Assembly (NCBI GenBank): GCA_938083445.1
Contig: CALKCP010000001.1
Coordinates: forward strand, 22,141-86,140
From: an uncultured Ulvibacter sp.
GTDB taxonomy: Bacteria; Bacteroidota; Bacteroidia; Flavobacteriales; Flavobacteriaceae
Direction: 5' to 3'
Length of the DNA stretch: 64,000 nucleotides
Shown here: positions 39,996 to 49,819 of the stretch, piece by piece
Numbering within the stretch: the stretch's first letter is position 1
How the letters are laid out: every line of letters begins with the position of its first letter
The notes under the pieces: model-generated
Database searches by the model: none
The model's input: the letters and a program-made list of their open reading frames with translations, nothing else
What the model was told of the DNA's origin: nothing
Program-made: the position numbers and the translations under genes

Positions 39996-40709
39996 ATGGG
40001 AAGAGCTTTCGAATTTAGAAAAGCAAGAAAAATGAAGCGCTGGTCTGCCATGTCTAAGGCGTTTACACGTATTGGAAAAGACATCGTCATGGCGGTTAAA
40101 GATGGAGGGCCCGATCCCGACTCTAATTCGCGTCTTCGTGCAGTGATTCAGAATGCAAAGGCAGTAAATATGCCGAAAGACAATGTAGAACGAGCGATTA
40201 AAAAGGCAAGCGACAAAAGCTTAGGTGATTATAAAGAAATTATCTTTGAAGGGTATGCGCAGCATGGAATTGCCGTTCTCATTGAGACTGCTACAGATAA
40301 CAATACACGAACAGTCGCGAATGTGCGTATGTGTTTTAATAAAACTGATGGAAATTTAGGCACTTCAGGATCTGTAGTATTTATGTTTGATCATACGTGT
40401 AACTTTAGAGTGGATGGTGAAGGATTGGATTTAGAAGAATTAGAACTCGAATTAATTGACCACGGTATTGAAGAAATATTTGAAGATGAGGACGGTGTTT
40501 TAATCTATGCACCCTTTGAGAGTTTTGGTGACATTCAATCCTATTTAGAAAATGCAAATATTGAAATCTTGTCATCTGGATTTGAACGTATTCCTCAGGT
40601 TACCAAGAAGCTTTCAGAAGAACAGGCAGCCGATGTTGAAAAACTTTTAGAACGATTGGAAGAAGATGACGATGTTCAAAATGTATATCACACCATGCAG
40701 GAATCCTAA
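39996..40709 (+). CDS. yebC: YebC/PmpR family protein
   Basis: MGRAFEFRK, NMPKDNVERAI, EGYAQHG, TDNNTRT, DDDVQNVYH. Confidence 0.95.
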   Translation: MGRAFEFRKARKMKRWSAMSKAFTRIGKDIVMAVKDGGPDPDSNSRLRAVIQNAKAVNMPKDNVERAIKKASDKSLGDYKEIIFEGYAQHGIAVLIETATDNNTRTVANVRMCFNKTDGNLGTSGSVVFMFDHTCNFRVDGEGLDLEELELELIDHGIEEIFEDEDGVLIYAPFESFGDIQSYLENANIEILSSGFERIPQVTKKLSEEQAADVEKLLERLEEDDDVQNVYHTMQES

Positions 40710-40804
40710 AAACCTGAATCACCTTTTTTCTATCTAATACTGGAAATTTTATTTTGATGAAAAGAGCGTATTCTTTCAAAGAATAGGTTTCGTATCTAAG
40801 GGAA

Positions 40805-41332
40805 CTAGGAATTCTTTCCTTCCATCCCTTTAAAAAAATTGCGAAGCTCCAGTTCATCCTTTTCAATATCGCCTGTCGGATAAAATTCTTTTCCTATAGA
40901 AATGGTTTTTGTGGGATAATCTAGTCCTATTGGAATGATAGGGACTTTGGATCGCTGTGCTATAAAATAGTAACCCGTTTTCCAGGTGTCTACTTTTTTT
41001 CTTGTTCCCTCTGGCGCGATAGCGAGTCGAAACTCATCTAAGCCATCATACACTTTTGAAATAGCTTCCACTTTGTTTTGAGCCTTACGTCTTTCCAAAG
41101 GCTCTCCCCCCATCCATTTAAAATACCATCCAATTGGCCAAGAAAAAAGCGCCTTTTTTCCAACAAAATTTATTTGAATTTTAAGAATGCGTCTCGTAAA
41201 TGAACAAATAATAAAATCGTAATTAGTCGTATGAGGAGCGACAATAAGTACCGATTTCTTTATACTTCTGTCAAAATCACCTTCAATCTTCCAACCTAGA
41301 ATAGTATGAAATATATACTTTGTGATAGACAT
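40805..41332 (-). CDS. 1-acyl-sn-glycerol-3-phosphate acyltransferase family
   Basis: APHTTNYD (HxxxxD), APEGTR. Confidence 0.88.
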   Translation of the reverse strand: MSITKYIFHTILGWKIEGDFDRSIKKSVLIVAPHTTNYDFIICSFTRRILKIQINFVGKKALFSWPIGWYFKWMGGEPLERRKAQNKVEAISKVYDGLDEFRLAIAPEGTRKKVDTWKTGYYFIAQRSKVPIIPIGLDYPTKTISIGKEFYPTGDIEKDELELRNFFKGMEGKNS

Positions 41333-41379
41333 AAATAAAGTTTGGTTAAAGATTACAATTTTTGGTTAAAGCGCTCAAT

Positions 41380-42129
41380 CTATCTCGGGTCTATATTCCC
41401 CTCTTTTAAGACTTTATTAGCCCGAATTAAGTCTTCAGGTGTGTCTATTGCAATTCCTTGTGTGTTTGAAATCTCCATTTTTATATTTTTACCGTATTCA
41501 AGATATCGGATGCATTCAATTTTTTCTGCGGCTTCAAGAGAACGCATTGGCAGCCGATAAAAATCGAGTATTGCCTGCTTTCTAAATGCGTAGATTCCTT
41601 TATGCTTATAATACTGCATAGGAGCATTTTTATCGCGAGGATACGGCACAGGCGAACGCGAAAAGTAGAGCGCAAAATTTTCCTTGTCAACAATTACTTT
41701 TACACAATTAGGGTCACTAATTTCTTTCCAATCGTAAATTTTGAACATAAGCGATGCTAAATCTATTTTATCGGCATCTTGTCCTTCAAAAACACCTAGT
41801 ACCTGCTCTAAATCTTCTTTGCTCGTAAATGGTTCATCTCCTTGCACATTTACCACAATGTCGACATCCATGTGTTCAACAGCCTCCGCAATGCGATCGC
41901 TACCACACTCGTGCTCCCTTATGCTCATTATAGCCTTCCCTCCATTTAATTCGATTTCTTGGAAAATCACTTCGCTATCGGTAACTACATATACTTCATC
42001 AAATAAACCGGTTGCCTTAGCGGCTTGATAGGTCCGAATAATTACGGTTTTGCCACCCAAATCTTGCATTAGTTTTCCGGGAAATCTGGATGCTCCATAT
42101 CGAGCAGGAATCATTGCTATTATCTTCAT
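41380..42129 (-). CDS. kdsB: 3-deoxy-manno-octulosonate cytidylyltransferase
   Basis: [41 protein letters not shown]. Confidence 0.95.
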   Translation of the reverse strand: MKIIAMIPARYGASRFPGKLMQDLGGKTVIIRTYQAAKATGLFDEVYVVTDSEVIFQEIELNGGKAIMSIREHECGSDRIAEAVEHMDVDIVVNVQGDEPFTSKEDLEQVLGVFEGQDADKIDLASLMFKIYDWKEISDPNCVKVIVDKENFALYFSRSPVPYPRDKNAPMQYYKHKGIYAFRKQAILDFYRLPMRSLEAAEKIECIRYLEYGKNIKMEISNTQGIAIDTPEDLIRANKVLKEGNIDPR

Positions 42130-42349
42130 ATACTAAATTAGCAGTTCATTATTAGATGTGAAAACTCGTATTAGGTTGCCTGTTTATAAAAGTTTTAAAT
42201 CGCATCGAATTACAAAAATTGCGCTTTTATACAAGACTGCCAAAAATAAGAAGAGCTTATACCTCGAAGACAGGTAATCTAATGGATTTTTTAGGGGATA
42301 TTTGTAACAAAGAATACCCTTAGACTACTTGAAAAAAATAAACACTACA

Positions 42350-43777
42350 CTAAGATTCTTCAAAAAATTCGTTCTTAAAACCAATGAGGTATAATTTTTC
42401 TTTCGCACGGGTTATCGCGGTATAAAGCCATCTCAGGTAGTCTTTGTCAATGCCATTTGGTAAATACGGCTGCTCTACAAATACGGTGTTCCATTGCCCA
42501 CCTTGTGATTTATGACAGGTAATTGCATAAGAAAATTTAACCTGTAAGGCATTAAAGTATTTGTTCGATTTTACAGCCAGAAACTTTTTATACTTCGATT
42601 TTTCAGAGGCATAATCCAGCTGCACCTCTTGGTAAAGCTTATTCGATTCTTCATAGGGCAATGAGGGTGTTTCCGAAGTTAAGGTATCTAAAAGCAAGAC
42701 TGTTTCAAAGGGTTTCATTTTTGGATAATCAACCATTTGCACCATTACCTCCGCAAATTTAAAACCATAGAGCTCTTTAAGGCCCATAATTTCTAATACT
42801 TGAATAATATCGCCATTTGCAATAAACCCCGCTTCACTTTCGGTTTTAACCCAAAAATAATTATTCTTCACTACCATCAAATGATCGCCTGCTGAAAGCT
42901 CTTCCTCCTGAAAAAGAATGCGATTACGAATACTTTGATTGTAAAGGTTTGCCCTCTTGTTAGAACGCACCACTACAACCGTTTCTTCCTTTCCTTCCTC
43001 GTTATAACTGTCGCTAATTGCGTCCATTATTTCTTGACCGTCTAAGGGACGAACAACATCTGCATACAACATTTCAGTAAACTTAAAGTCTTCAAAAAAT
43101 CCATCTGCTAACCGCTCTCTCAGTTTTGTCGCGTTTATTAAAATTCCGCTATCTATTTGTTGTCTAACCACCTCATCAAGTTCCAATTCGATGACCGTTT
43201 TATTAAATTGATCCTCCAATATACGTCGCTCTAAAGCTGGACTGATATCGAGTTTTACAGGGGGTAATTGTGCCGTATCACCAATAAGCAGTAACCGACA
43301 GTTGTAACCACTATAAACATAATGTATAAGGTCATCCAAGAGGGAGCCATTCTCAAATAATTTTGCATCTTGAATGATATCTGGAATCATAGAAGCTTCA
43401 TCCACTATAAAAATTACGTTTCGATGTTTGTTCGCTTGAAGCGAAAAAGAGACACCCCCTCCTTTTTCTCTTTTAGGATAGTAAATCTTTTTATGAATTG
43501 TAAATGCCTCTTTTTTGGAGTACAAACTCATTACTTTTGCAGCACGACCTGTCGGAGCAAGCAATACAGCCGATCTTTTAACTTTCCCTAAATTCTTGAC
43601 AAGCGTCCCTATAGTAGTGGTTTTACCTGTTCCGGCATATCCCTTTAGTAGGAATATCTCATTTTTCACATCACTAGTCACAAATTTTGCGAGCAATTGC
43701 AGCGCAATATCTTGTTTGGTCGTTGTATTGTGAGGAAAGTCGGTTTTTAAAAGACCATAAAACTGTGAAACATCCAT
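42350..43777 (-). CDS. RecD-like SF1 ATP-dependent helicase (AAA_30 plus UvrD_C)
   Basis: GYAGTGKT, APTGRAA, VDEASM, IGDTAQLPPV, YAITCHKSQGGQW. Confidence 0.92.
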   Translation of the reverse strand: MDVSQFYGLLKTDFPHNTTTKQDIALQLLAKFVTSDVKNEIFLLKGYAGTGKTTTIGTLVKNLGKVKRSAVLLAPTGRAAKVMSLYSKKEAFTIHKKIYYPKREKGGGVSFSLQANKHRNVIFIVDEASMIPDIIQDAKLFENGSLLDDLIHYVYSGYNCRLLLIGDTAQLPPVKLDISPALERRILEDQFNKTVIELELDEVVRQQIDSGILINATKLRERLADGFFEDFKFTEMLYADVVRPLDGQEIMDAISDSYNEEGKEETVVVVRSNKRANLYNQSIRNRILFQEEELSAGDHLMVVKNNYFWVKTESEAGFIANGDIIQVLEIMGLKELYGFKFAEVMVQMVDYPKMKPFETVLLLDTLTSETPSLPYEESNKLYQEVQLDYASEKSKYKKFLAVKSNKYFNALQVKFSYAITCHKSQGGQWNTVFVEQPYLPNGIDKDYLRWLYTAITRAKEKLYLIGFKNEFFEES

Positions 43778-43905
43778 GAGTGTATACTAAATTATGAGCC
43801 TTTAAAGATAGGTCGCTTTTTTTCAGAATATACTTTTACGAACAAAAAAAAATTGTAGTTTTGTGAATAACCTATTTGAATACAAAATTCTTAAAAAATC
43901 ATAAC

Positions 43906-44571
43906 ATGAAATTAGTGCTTCAATTATTTCTTTGGCTTGTAATTATCTTCCTTGGATGGAAATTATACAACTCTGTAAACGGTCCAGTAGAATTTAACAA
44001 GGCAAAAGAAGTGCGTTATGCCAAAGTAATTAAAAAACTCAAAGACATTAAGGCCGCAGAAATGGCTTACAATGAAATTACAGGGAAATTCACAGGGAGT
44101 TTTGATAGTCTGGTACAGTTTATCGATACGGCTCAATTCGCCAATGTAGAGCGAAGAGATACGAGTTATGCGGATGTTGCTAGAAACAGGGCTTTTGGTA
44201 TTAAAGAAGGCTATTTTGTGGAGGACATTGTATTAGACACCTTAGGCTTTACTCCTGTTAAGGAAGCCATTTTTGAAGATAATGTTGAACGTTATCAAAC
44301 CATGATGAACATCACTATCGATGGGATTGAATCAACATTTGAATTACAAGCAGGAAAACTTGAAAAAAACGGAGCTACATATTCAGTTTTTGAAGCAAAA
44401 GTTTCAAAAGATATCATCTTAAAAGGGTTGGATCTAGATTTAATTGTTCAAGAAAAACAAGTTGTTTCTGTAGAAGGTGTGAATGGACCAACGATAAAGG
44501 TTGGCTCTATGACTGAAGTAAACACGAGTGGTAACTGGCCAAAATTATATGATACAGCAAAAAAGCAGTAA
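43906..44571 (+). CDS. Conserved hypothetical membrane-anchored protein
   Basis: N-terminal TM segment from ATG at 43906; TAGTTTTG promoter element at 43856-43863. Confidence 0.75.
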   Translation: MKLVLQLFLWLVIIFLGWKLYNSVNGPVEFNKAKEVRYAKVIKKLKDIKAAEMAYNEITGKFTGSFDSLVQFIDTAQFANVERRDTSYADVARNRAFGIKEGYFVEDIVLDTLGFTPVKEAIFEDNVERYQTMMNITIDGIESTFELQAGKLEKNGATYSVFEAKVSKDIILKGLDLDLIVQEKQVVSVEGVNGPTIKVGSMTEVNTSGNWPKLYDTAKKQ

Positions 44572-45373
44572 CATTTCGAAAAACATACATCATAGATTGT
44601 CCGTTCAAGTTTCATTGACCGGACTTTCTTTTTTAGTAAAAGGTCTAGATACCGAAGAAACTTTATTTTTCACACAAAAACAGGTTGGCAGTCGTTCAAC
44701 TCCCGAAGAATTATTACTTGAAATAGATTCTATTATTGCTAAAAATGATATGCTTCAATTGAAATTCGATGAAGTTATTCTGCTTTATTCCAATAATGTA
44801 TATACCCCAGTCCCCGCCTCTTTATTTGATGAAACAAAAGCAAGTGAATATTTAAAATTTAATTCTAAGATCCTTTCAAATGATTTTATTGCCTACGACC
44901 GAGTTGAAAGTAACAATATGGTCGTCGTTTATATTCCTTATGTAAATATCAATAATTACTTTTTTGAACGGTTTGGCGCATTTCAGTATTTCCATGCTGC
45001 ATCTATTTTTTTGAAGGATGTTTTACCATTAGCTAAACATGGCACAGGGCCTAAAATGCACCTTAATGTTCAAGAAGAACAGTTGGATGTTATCATTCTG
45101 GAAGAAGGGAAACTCTTGCTTTGCAATAGTTTTCTTTTTAAAACTTCAGAAGACTTTATTTATTATATTTTATTTTGCCTGGAACAGTTAAAATTAAATC
45201 CAGACAGTATCCCATTAATTCTCAGTGGCAGTATAGACAAAGAAGATTCAAATTATGAACTTCTTTATACGTATGTGCGGAATATATCATTCGTTGAAGA
45301 TACGTCTGGTTCTACTGCCAAATCAACCACCGAGGTATACCATAACAACTACCTTCTCAAAAACAGTTATTGA
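44549..45373 (+). CDS. DUF3822 family protein
   Basis: LSVQVSLTGLSF, EYLKFN, EDFIYYILF; start uncertain (44528 GTG or 44549 ATG). Confidence 0.8.
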   Translation: MIQQKSSNISKNIHHRLSVQVSLTGLSFLVKGLDTEETLFFTQKQVGSRSTPEELLLEIDSIIAKNDMLQLKFDEVILLYSNNVYTPVPASLFDETKASEYLKFNSKILSNDFIAYDRVESNNMVVVYIPYVNINNYFFERFGAFQYFHAASIFLKDVLPLAKHGTGPKMHLNVQEEQLDVIILEEGKLLLCNSFLFKTSEDFIYYILFCLEQLKLNPDSIPLILSGSIDKEDSNYELLYTYVRNISFVEDTSGSTAKSTTEVYHNNYLLKNSY

Positions 45374-45909
45374 TGCGGATAATTTCAGGCAGATATAAAG
45401 GGAAACGACTTTCAGCCCCAAAATCCTTACCCGTGCGACCCACAACAGATTTTGCAAAGGAAGCACTGTTCAATATTCTAAATCACAGGATTGATTTTAG
45501 TGAGGTAAGCCTCCTTGAATTGTTTGCAGGAACAGGCAATATAAGCTATGAATTTGCTTCAAGAGGAACAAAAGACATTAGCTGTGTAGATGCAGACTTT
45601 GGCTGTATAAAATTTATCAGTAAAACTGCAGAAGAGCTCTCTTTTCCAATTAGCGCTATTAAATCGGACGTTTATAAATATGTAGCCTCTGCCAAAGGCA
45701 CGTTTGACGTAGTTTTCGCAGATCCTCCATATGCTTTCACTATGGAGCAAATGGAATCACTTGTACAAAGTTTGTTTGCAAACGATTGGATTGAACAAGA
45801 TGGGATGCTCATCATCGAGCACACCAAGCACATCGACTTATCTTCAATCCTAAACTTCTCTGAAGCAAGAAAATATGGCGGCTCTGTTTTTAGTTTCTTT
45901 CAAAAATAA
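45370..45909 (+). CDS. rsmD: 16S rRNA m2G966 methyltransferase
   Basis: MRIISG, RPTTDFAKEALF, LFAGTG, FADPPY. Confidence 0.93.
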   Translation: MMRIISGRYKGKRLSAPKSLPVRPTTDFAKEALFNILNHRIDFSEVSLLELFAGTGNISYEFASRGTKDISCVDADFGCIKFISKTAEELSFPISAIKSDVYKYVASAKGTFDVVFADPPYAFTMEQMESLVQSLFANDWIEQDGMLIIEHTKHIDLSSILNFSEARKYGGSVFSFFQK

Positions 45910-45969
45910 GGACAACAGTACGTCATTGCCCTTTAAAAGGAATTCTCAAATGCAGTATAATTAAAAAAA

Positions 45970-46285
45970 GCAGGCCTATAAGCCGGATTCTGTCTCCGAA
46001 TTAACTTCGGAGCCTTATCATTTATCTAGCCCTAACATTACTATTAGAGTCTATCTGTCTACCCTCCTGCATCGGGCGGGAACCCTCAAGCACAGGTTTA
46101 CATGACATTTCACCGCATAGAGTTTACCTGGTTTCACTACAGCATGATCTGTACATTCTTTCTGTTGCACTGGTCCTAATCCCGATATTAAATCGAGTTG
46201 ACGGCCGTTAGCCGCTATGCATCCCTATGGTGTCCGGACTTTCCTCCCTTCTTAACGAATTAAGAACGACGATAAGGCGGCCTGC
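45970..46285 (-). ncRNA. rnpB: RNase P RNA
   Basis: Minus strand has GAGGAAAGTCCGGAC near the 5' end and ACAGAATCCGGCTTAT near the 3' end; terminal GCAGGCC/GGCCTGC P1 helix; TACTTTTG promoter element at 46291-46298. Confidence 0.96.
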
Positions 46286-46379
46286 TGTTGCAAAAGTAAC
46301 CAATGTTAATAAATACACTAAATTAGCGCAAGCTATTTTTTAAAAACTAGCTGTACATCTTTATATTTGTTTCACTTCT

Positions 46380-47465
46380 ATGGAACACTTTATAGTATCA
46401 GCACTTAAGTACAGACCAACCACATTTAAAGATGTGGTGGGGCAACAGTCGATAACAAATACCTTACAAAATGCCATCCAGCAAAATCACTTGGCTCAGG
46501 CATTGTTATTTACAGGACCGCGTGGTGTTGGTAAGACGACCTGTGCCCGTATTCTGGCCAAACAGATCAATCAGGATGGAACCCAAAAAGAAAATGAAGA
46601 TTTTGCCTTCAATATTTTTGAACTGGATGCTGCGTCAAACAACACTGTAGACGACATAAGAAGTTTAATTGATCAGGTTCGAATTCCCCCACAAGTTGGA
46701 AATTACAAAGTATATATCATTGATGAAGTACATATGTTATCTCCATCAGCGTTTAATGCATTTCTTAAAACACTTGAAGAACCGCCAAAGCACGCCATAT
46801 TCATATTAGCTACCACTGAGAAGCATAAAATCATTCCTACGATACTCTCAAGATGCCAAATTTTTGATTTCAAACGTATCACCGTCAATGACATTAAAGG
46901 CCATCTAGCACATGTTGCAGAAGCTCAGGGAGTAGCTGCAGAAGATGATGCACTGCATGTAATTGCACAAAAAGCGGATGGAGCGCTGAGAGACGCACTT
47001 TCTATTTTTGATCGAGTCGTAAGCTTTTCAGGGAAAACGCTGAGTAGAGAAGCTGTCACTGAGAATCTAAATGTATTAGACTACACCTACTATTTTAATA
47101 TCACAGATCTTTTGATACAAAACAATATTCCAAAAGTATTGGTTGCCTTTAATGACATTCTAGCGAAAGGATTTGATGGGCATCATTTTATTATGGGTTT
47201 AGCATCTCATTTCAGAGATTTATTGGTTTGTAAGAATGAGGAGACCATTGCTTTATTAGAAGTTGGAGAGCAGGTTAAATCGATGTATTTTGAACAATCT
47301 CGCAACACAGTGAATTCTTTTCTAATCGAGGGGATTACACTCGCCAACAGCTGTGATTTAAAATACAAAAGTAGCCGTAACCAAAGACTTTTAGTTGAGT
47401 TATGCCTTTTACAATTAGCTTCGCTCACCGCTGTGGTTGAAAAAAAAAATCTAAGCGGTACGTAA
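46380..47465 (+). CDS. dnaX: DNA polymerase III gamma/tau, zero-frame product (gamma-like, 361 aa)
   Basis: KYRP, GPRGVGKTT, ELDAASN, IIDEVHML, SRC, ALRDA; TATATTTG promoter element at 46362-46369. Confidence 0.96.
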   Translation: MEHFIVSALKYRPTTFKDVVGQQSITNTLQNAIQQNHLAQALLFTGPRGVGKTTCARILAKQINQDGTQKENEDFAFNIFELDAASNNTVDDIRSLIDQVRIPPQVGNYKVYIIDEVHMLSPSAFNAFLKTLEEPPKHAIFILATTEKHKIIPTILSRCQIFDFKRITVNDIKGHLAHVAEAQGVAAEDDALHVIAQKADGALRDALSIFDRVVSFSGKTLSREAVTENLNVLDYTYYFNITDLLIQNNIPKVLVAFNDILAKGFDGHHFIMGLASHFRDLLVCKNEETIALLEVGEQVKSMYFEQSRNTVNSFLIEGITLANSCDLKYKSSRNQRLLVELCLLQLASLTAVVEKKNLSGT

Positions 47466-48193
47466 TACCTCCCTCCCATTTTAAACAACCTGAATTAAAA
47501 GACGAGGCAGGCGACACCTCCGGTCTAGATCAAGACAAGAACCATGTGGACCAGGTTGTAAATCATAATTCAACGTCAACGCAGAACGAGGTTGCAACCG
47601 AAACTATAGAGAAACCTGAAGGTTCTTCAGTAATTAAAACTGAAGCACCCGAGAAAACACTGCTTAAAAATTCTCCAGCCAAATTTGAGGAAAGGCCAAT
47701 TGAACGCCCTGATATACTTACGGAACGAAAAGTGAAAAAAGTATCAGCACTATCGTTAAAGAGTATTCAGAAAAAACATGAAATGAAGCAAGAGTTGGTT
47801 GCTAAAAAACCAGACTCAAAAAACTTGCCTTACAAGGATTTTACTGAAGAGGAGTTGCTTATTGCTTGGAAATCGTACAGTGACATCATTGAAAAAGAAG
47901 GAAAATACAATTTACTTTCACATCTTTCCATGGGTGTACCTAAATTGGAAGGAGTGATTATTCACTTAGAGTTTCCAAACAATACCATAAAAATTGAAGT
48001 TGAACGTTCTAAATATGAACTATTAGAATTTTTAAAAGAAAAACTTCAAAATTACAGTATCAACTTATCCATTGAGGTGAATGAAACTTCAGCCAAACGC
48101 TATGCATATACTGATAGAGAGAAGTTTCAGAAGCTAAAAGAAGTAAATCCATTAATGGACAAACTTAGAACTGAGTTTGATTTAGACGTATAA
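47441..48193 (+). CDS. dnaX: DnaX tau C-terminal extension in the -1 frame
   Basis: The -1 frame is open from 47441, immediately after TGA at 47438-47440, to 48193; linker followed by a tau-like C-terminal domain (AWKSY...LKEKLQNYSINL...NPLMDKLRTEFDLDV). Confidence 0.85.
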   Translation, partial: KKKSKRYVIPPSHFKQPELKDEAGDTSGLDQDKNHVDQVVNHNSTSTQNEVATETIEKPEGSSVIKTEAPEKTLLKNSPAKFEERPIERPDILTERKVKKVSALSLKSIQKKHEMKQELVAKKPDSKNLPYKDFTEEELLIAWKSYSDIIEKEGKYNLLSHLSMGVPKLEGVIIHLEFPNNTIKIEVERSKYELLEFLKEKLQNYSINLSIEVNETSAKRYAYTDREKFQKLKEVNPLMDKLRTEFDLDV

Positions 48194-48276
48194 CACCTAT
48201 GGAAGGCTTTGTTTAATTGGCCTCTGTACAATTTATGAATTAAAAATAGTGCCCATTGAATACCCAGAAAAAGAAC

Positions 48277-48858
48277 ATGTTAGGTTTAAAATTACCAACA
48301 GACCCGCGTTGGATCAATATTGTTGAACTAAATATTGAGGAAATCTTGACAGATCACGCATACTGTGAACAAAAGGCTGCCTCAACTGCAATTTCTTTGA
48401 TTGTAAGTTTTCCTGAATTTACGGAACTGGTACAAGAGATGATTTCCTTAGTTAAAGAAGAAATTAGTCACTTTAAAATGGTTCATGATAAAATTATTGA
48501 AAGAGGTTGGATTATGGGACGTGATCGCAAAGACGAATACGTACTTCAGATACGAACGTTTTTTCCAAAAGGAGGAAGCCGAGAAACGCAACTAGTACAT
48601 CGTCTGCTGTATGCAGCTTTAATTGAAGCAAGAAGCTGCGAACGTTTCAGACTACTAAGTGTTTCTTTAAAGGAACCTGAGCTGAGAGAATTTTATCGCA
48701 AACTCATGGTAAGTGAAGCCAATCATTATACGATGTTTCTGGCTTTTGCTCGAAAGTATGGGGATCGAAACGAGGTCGATCAAAAATGGCAAGAGCTGCT
48801 TGCATTTGAGGCTGAAGTCATGAAAGAACTCGGAAATAAAGAAACAATTCACGGATAG
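48277..48858 (+). CDS. miaE: tRNA-(ms2io6A) hydroxylase
   Basis: LTDHAYCEQKAA, EEISHF, ALIEARSCERF, SEANHY di-iron ligands; ATG at 48277. Confidence 0.92.
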   Translation: MLGLKLPTDPRWINIVELNIEEILTDHAYCEQKAASTAISLIVSFPEFTELVQEMISLVKEEISHFKMVHDKIIERGWIMGRDRKDEYVLQIRTFFPKGGSRETQLVHRLLYAALIEARSCERFRLLSVSLKEPELREFYRKLMVSEANHYTMFLAFARKYGDRNEVDQKWQELLAFEAEVMKELGNKETIHG

Positions 48859-48906
48859 CTTTTAATAATTCTCCTAGATAGTAGACCTAAATCTGAAAAG
48901 CCATAA

Positions 48907-49818
48907 TTAGTCTTGAGGGATATTTTCCGCATTTTTATCATTGTATAGGCTTTTAATAATACCATCTGAAAGCCCAATTTTAGGAACGTACATGCTTTTT
49001 GCTCGACTCCACTTCATTGCCGATAAATAAATACGCGTTGCAGATTCGATTACATCGGCGCGGTCGGGATTCATATCAAGCTCAATAATTCGTTCATCAT
49101 TAGAATACGACTTCACCAATTCATAAAAAGAGACCAAATAAAAATAGCTCAGTGGCGATCCCATTTTTTTTCCACTATGTTTAAAAATACGATTGATATT
49201 TCCGCCTGATCCAATCACATCAATTTTTTTAAATGTTTTGGTTTGTTTTTGAATCCAGTCTTTCATCTCAATCCAAATATCATCATGAACTCTGCCGTTT
49301 AATAGTCTAACGGTACCAATAGCAAAAGAATGAGAAGCGATTTTTTCGCCATTTTCAAATACACTTAGTTCTGTACTACCACCTCCTACATCAACATAAA
49401 GAAACACACGGTCGTTCTGTAGTAGCGATTTTAAATGGGTGGAGGCAATAATGGCGGCTTCTGCTTCTCCATCGATAATATGAATCTTTATACCTGTCTT
49501 TTCTTCAATAATATCGACCACCTCCTCGCTATTGGCTGCCTCTCGCATTGCCGACGTTGCACAGGCTTTATAGCGTGTAATGCCATGGGTATTCATCAAG
49601 AGTTGGAATGCATTCATTGCATCTATGAGTCGTGATGCATTTCTCAGAGTAATATTTCCGTCAAGAAATACATCCTCTCCCAGACGAATAGGTACTCTTA
49701 CAAGCGATGTCTTCTTAAAGATAGTGGGCTTGTCTTTTTGCTCAATGACTGTAGCAATGAGAAGACGTATTGCATTTGACCCAATATCAATTGCCCCATA
49801 TTTTTCAATCTTTAACAA
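48907..49818 (-). CDS. ppx: Ppx/GppA family exopolyphosphatase
   Basis: AIDIGSNAIR, ATSAMR, DVGGGSTE, GSGGN; lies downstream of ppk1. Confidence 0.92.
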   Translation of the reverse strand: MLKIEKYGAIDIGSNAIRLLIATVIEQKDKPTIFKKTSLVRVPIRLGEDVFLDGNITLRNASRLIDAMNAFQLLMNTHGITRYKACATSAMREAANSEEVVDIIEEKTGIKIHIIDGEAEAAIIASTHLKSLLQNDRVFLYVDVGGGSTELSVFENGEKIASHSFAIGTVRLLNGRVHDDIWIEMKDWIQKQTKTFKKIDVIGSGGNINRIFKHSGKKMGSPLSYFYLVSFYELVKSYSNDERIIELDMNPDRADVIESATRIYLSAMKWSRAKSMYVPKIGLSDGIIKSLYNDKNAENIPQD

Positions 49819-49819
49819 A

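Noticed and set aside
42130-42349. 220-bp spacer upstream of kdsB
   Set aside because: Explained by a TATTTTTG promoter element (42241-42248, minus strand) and a weak hairpin; no ORF or motif
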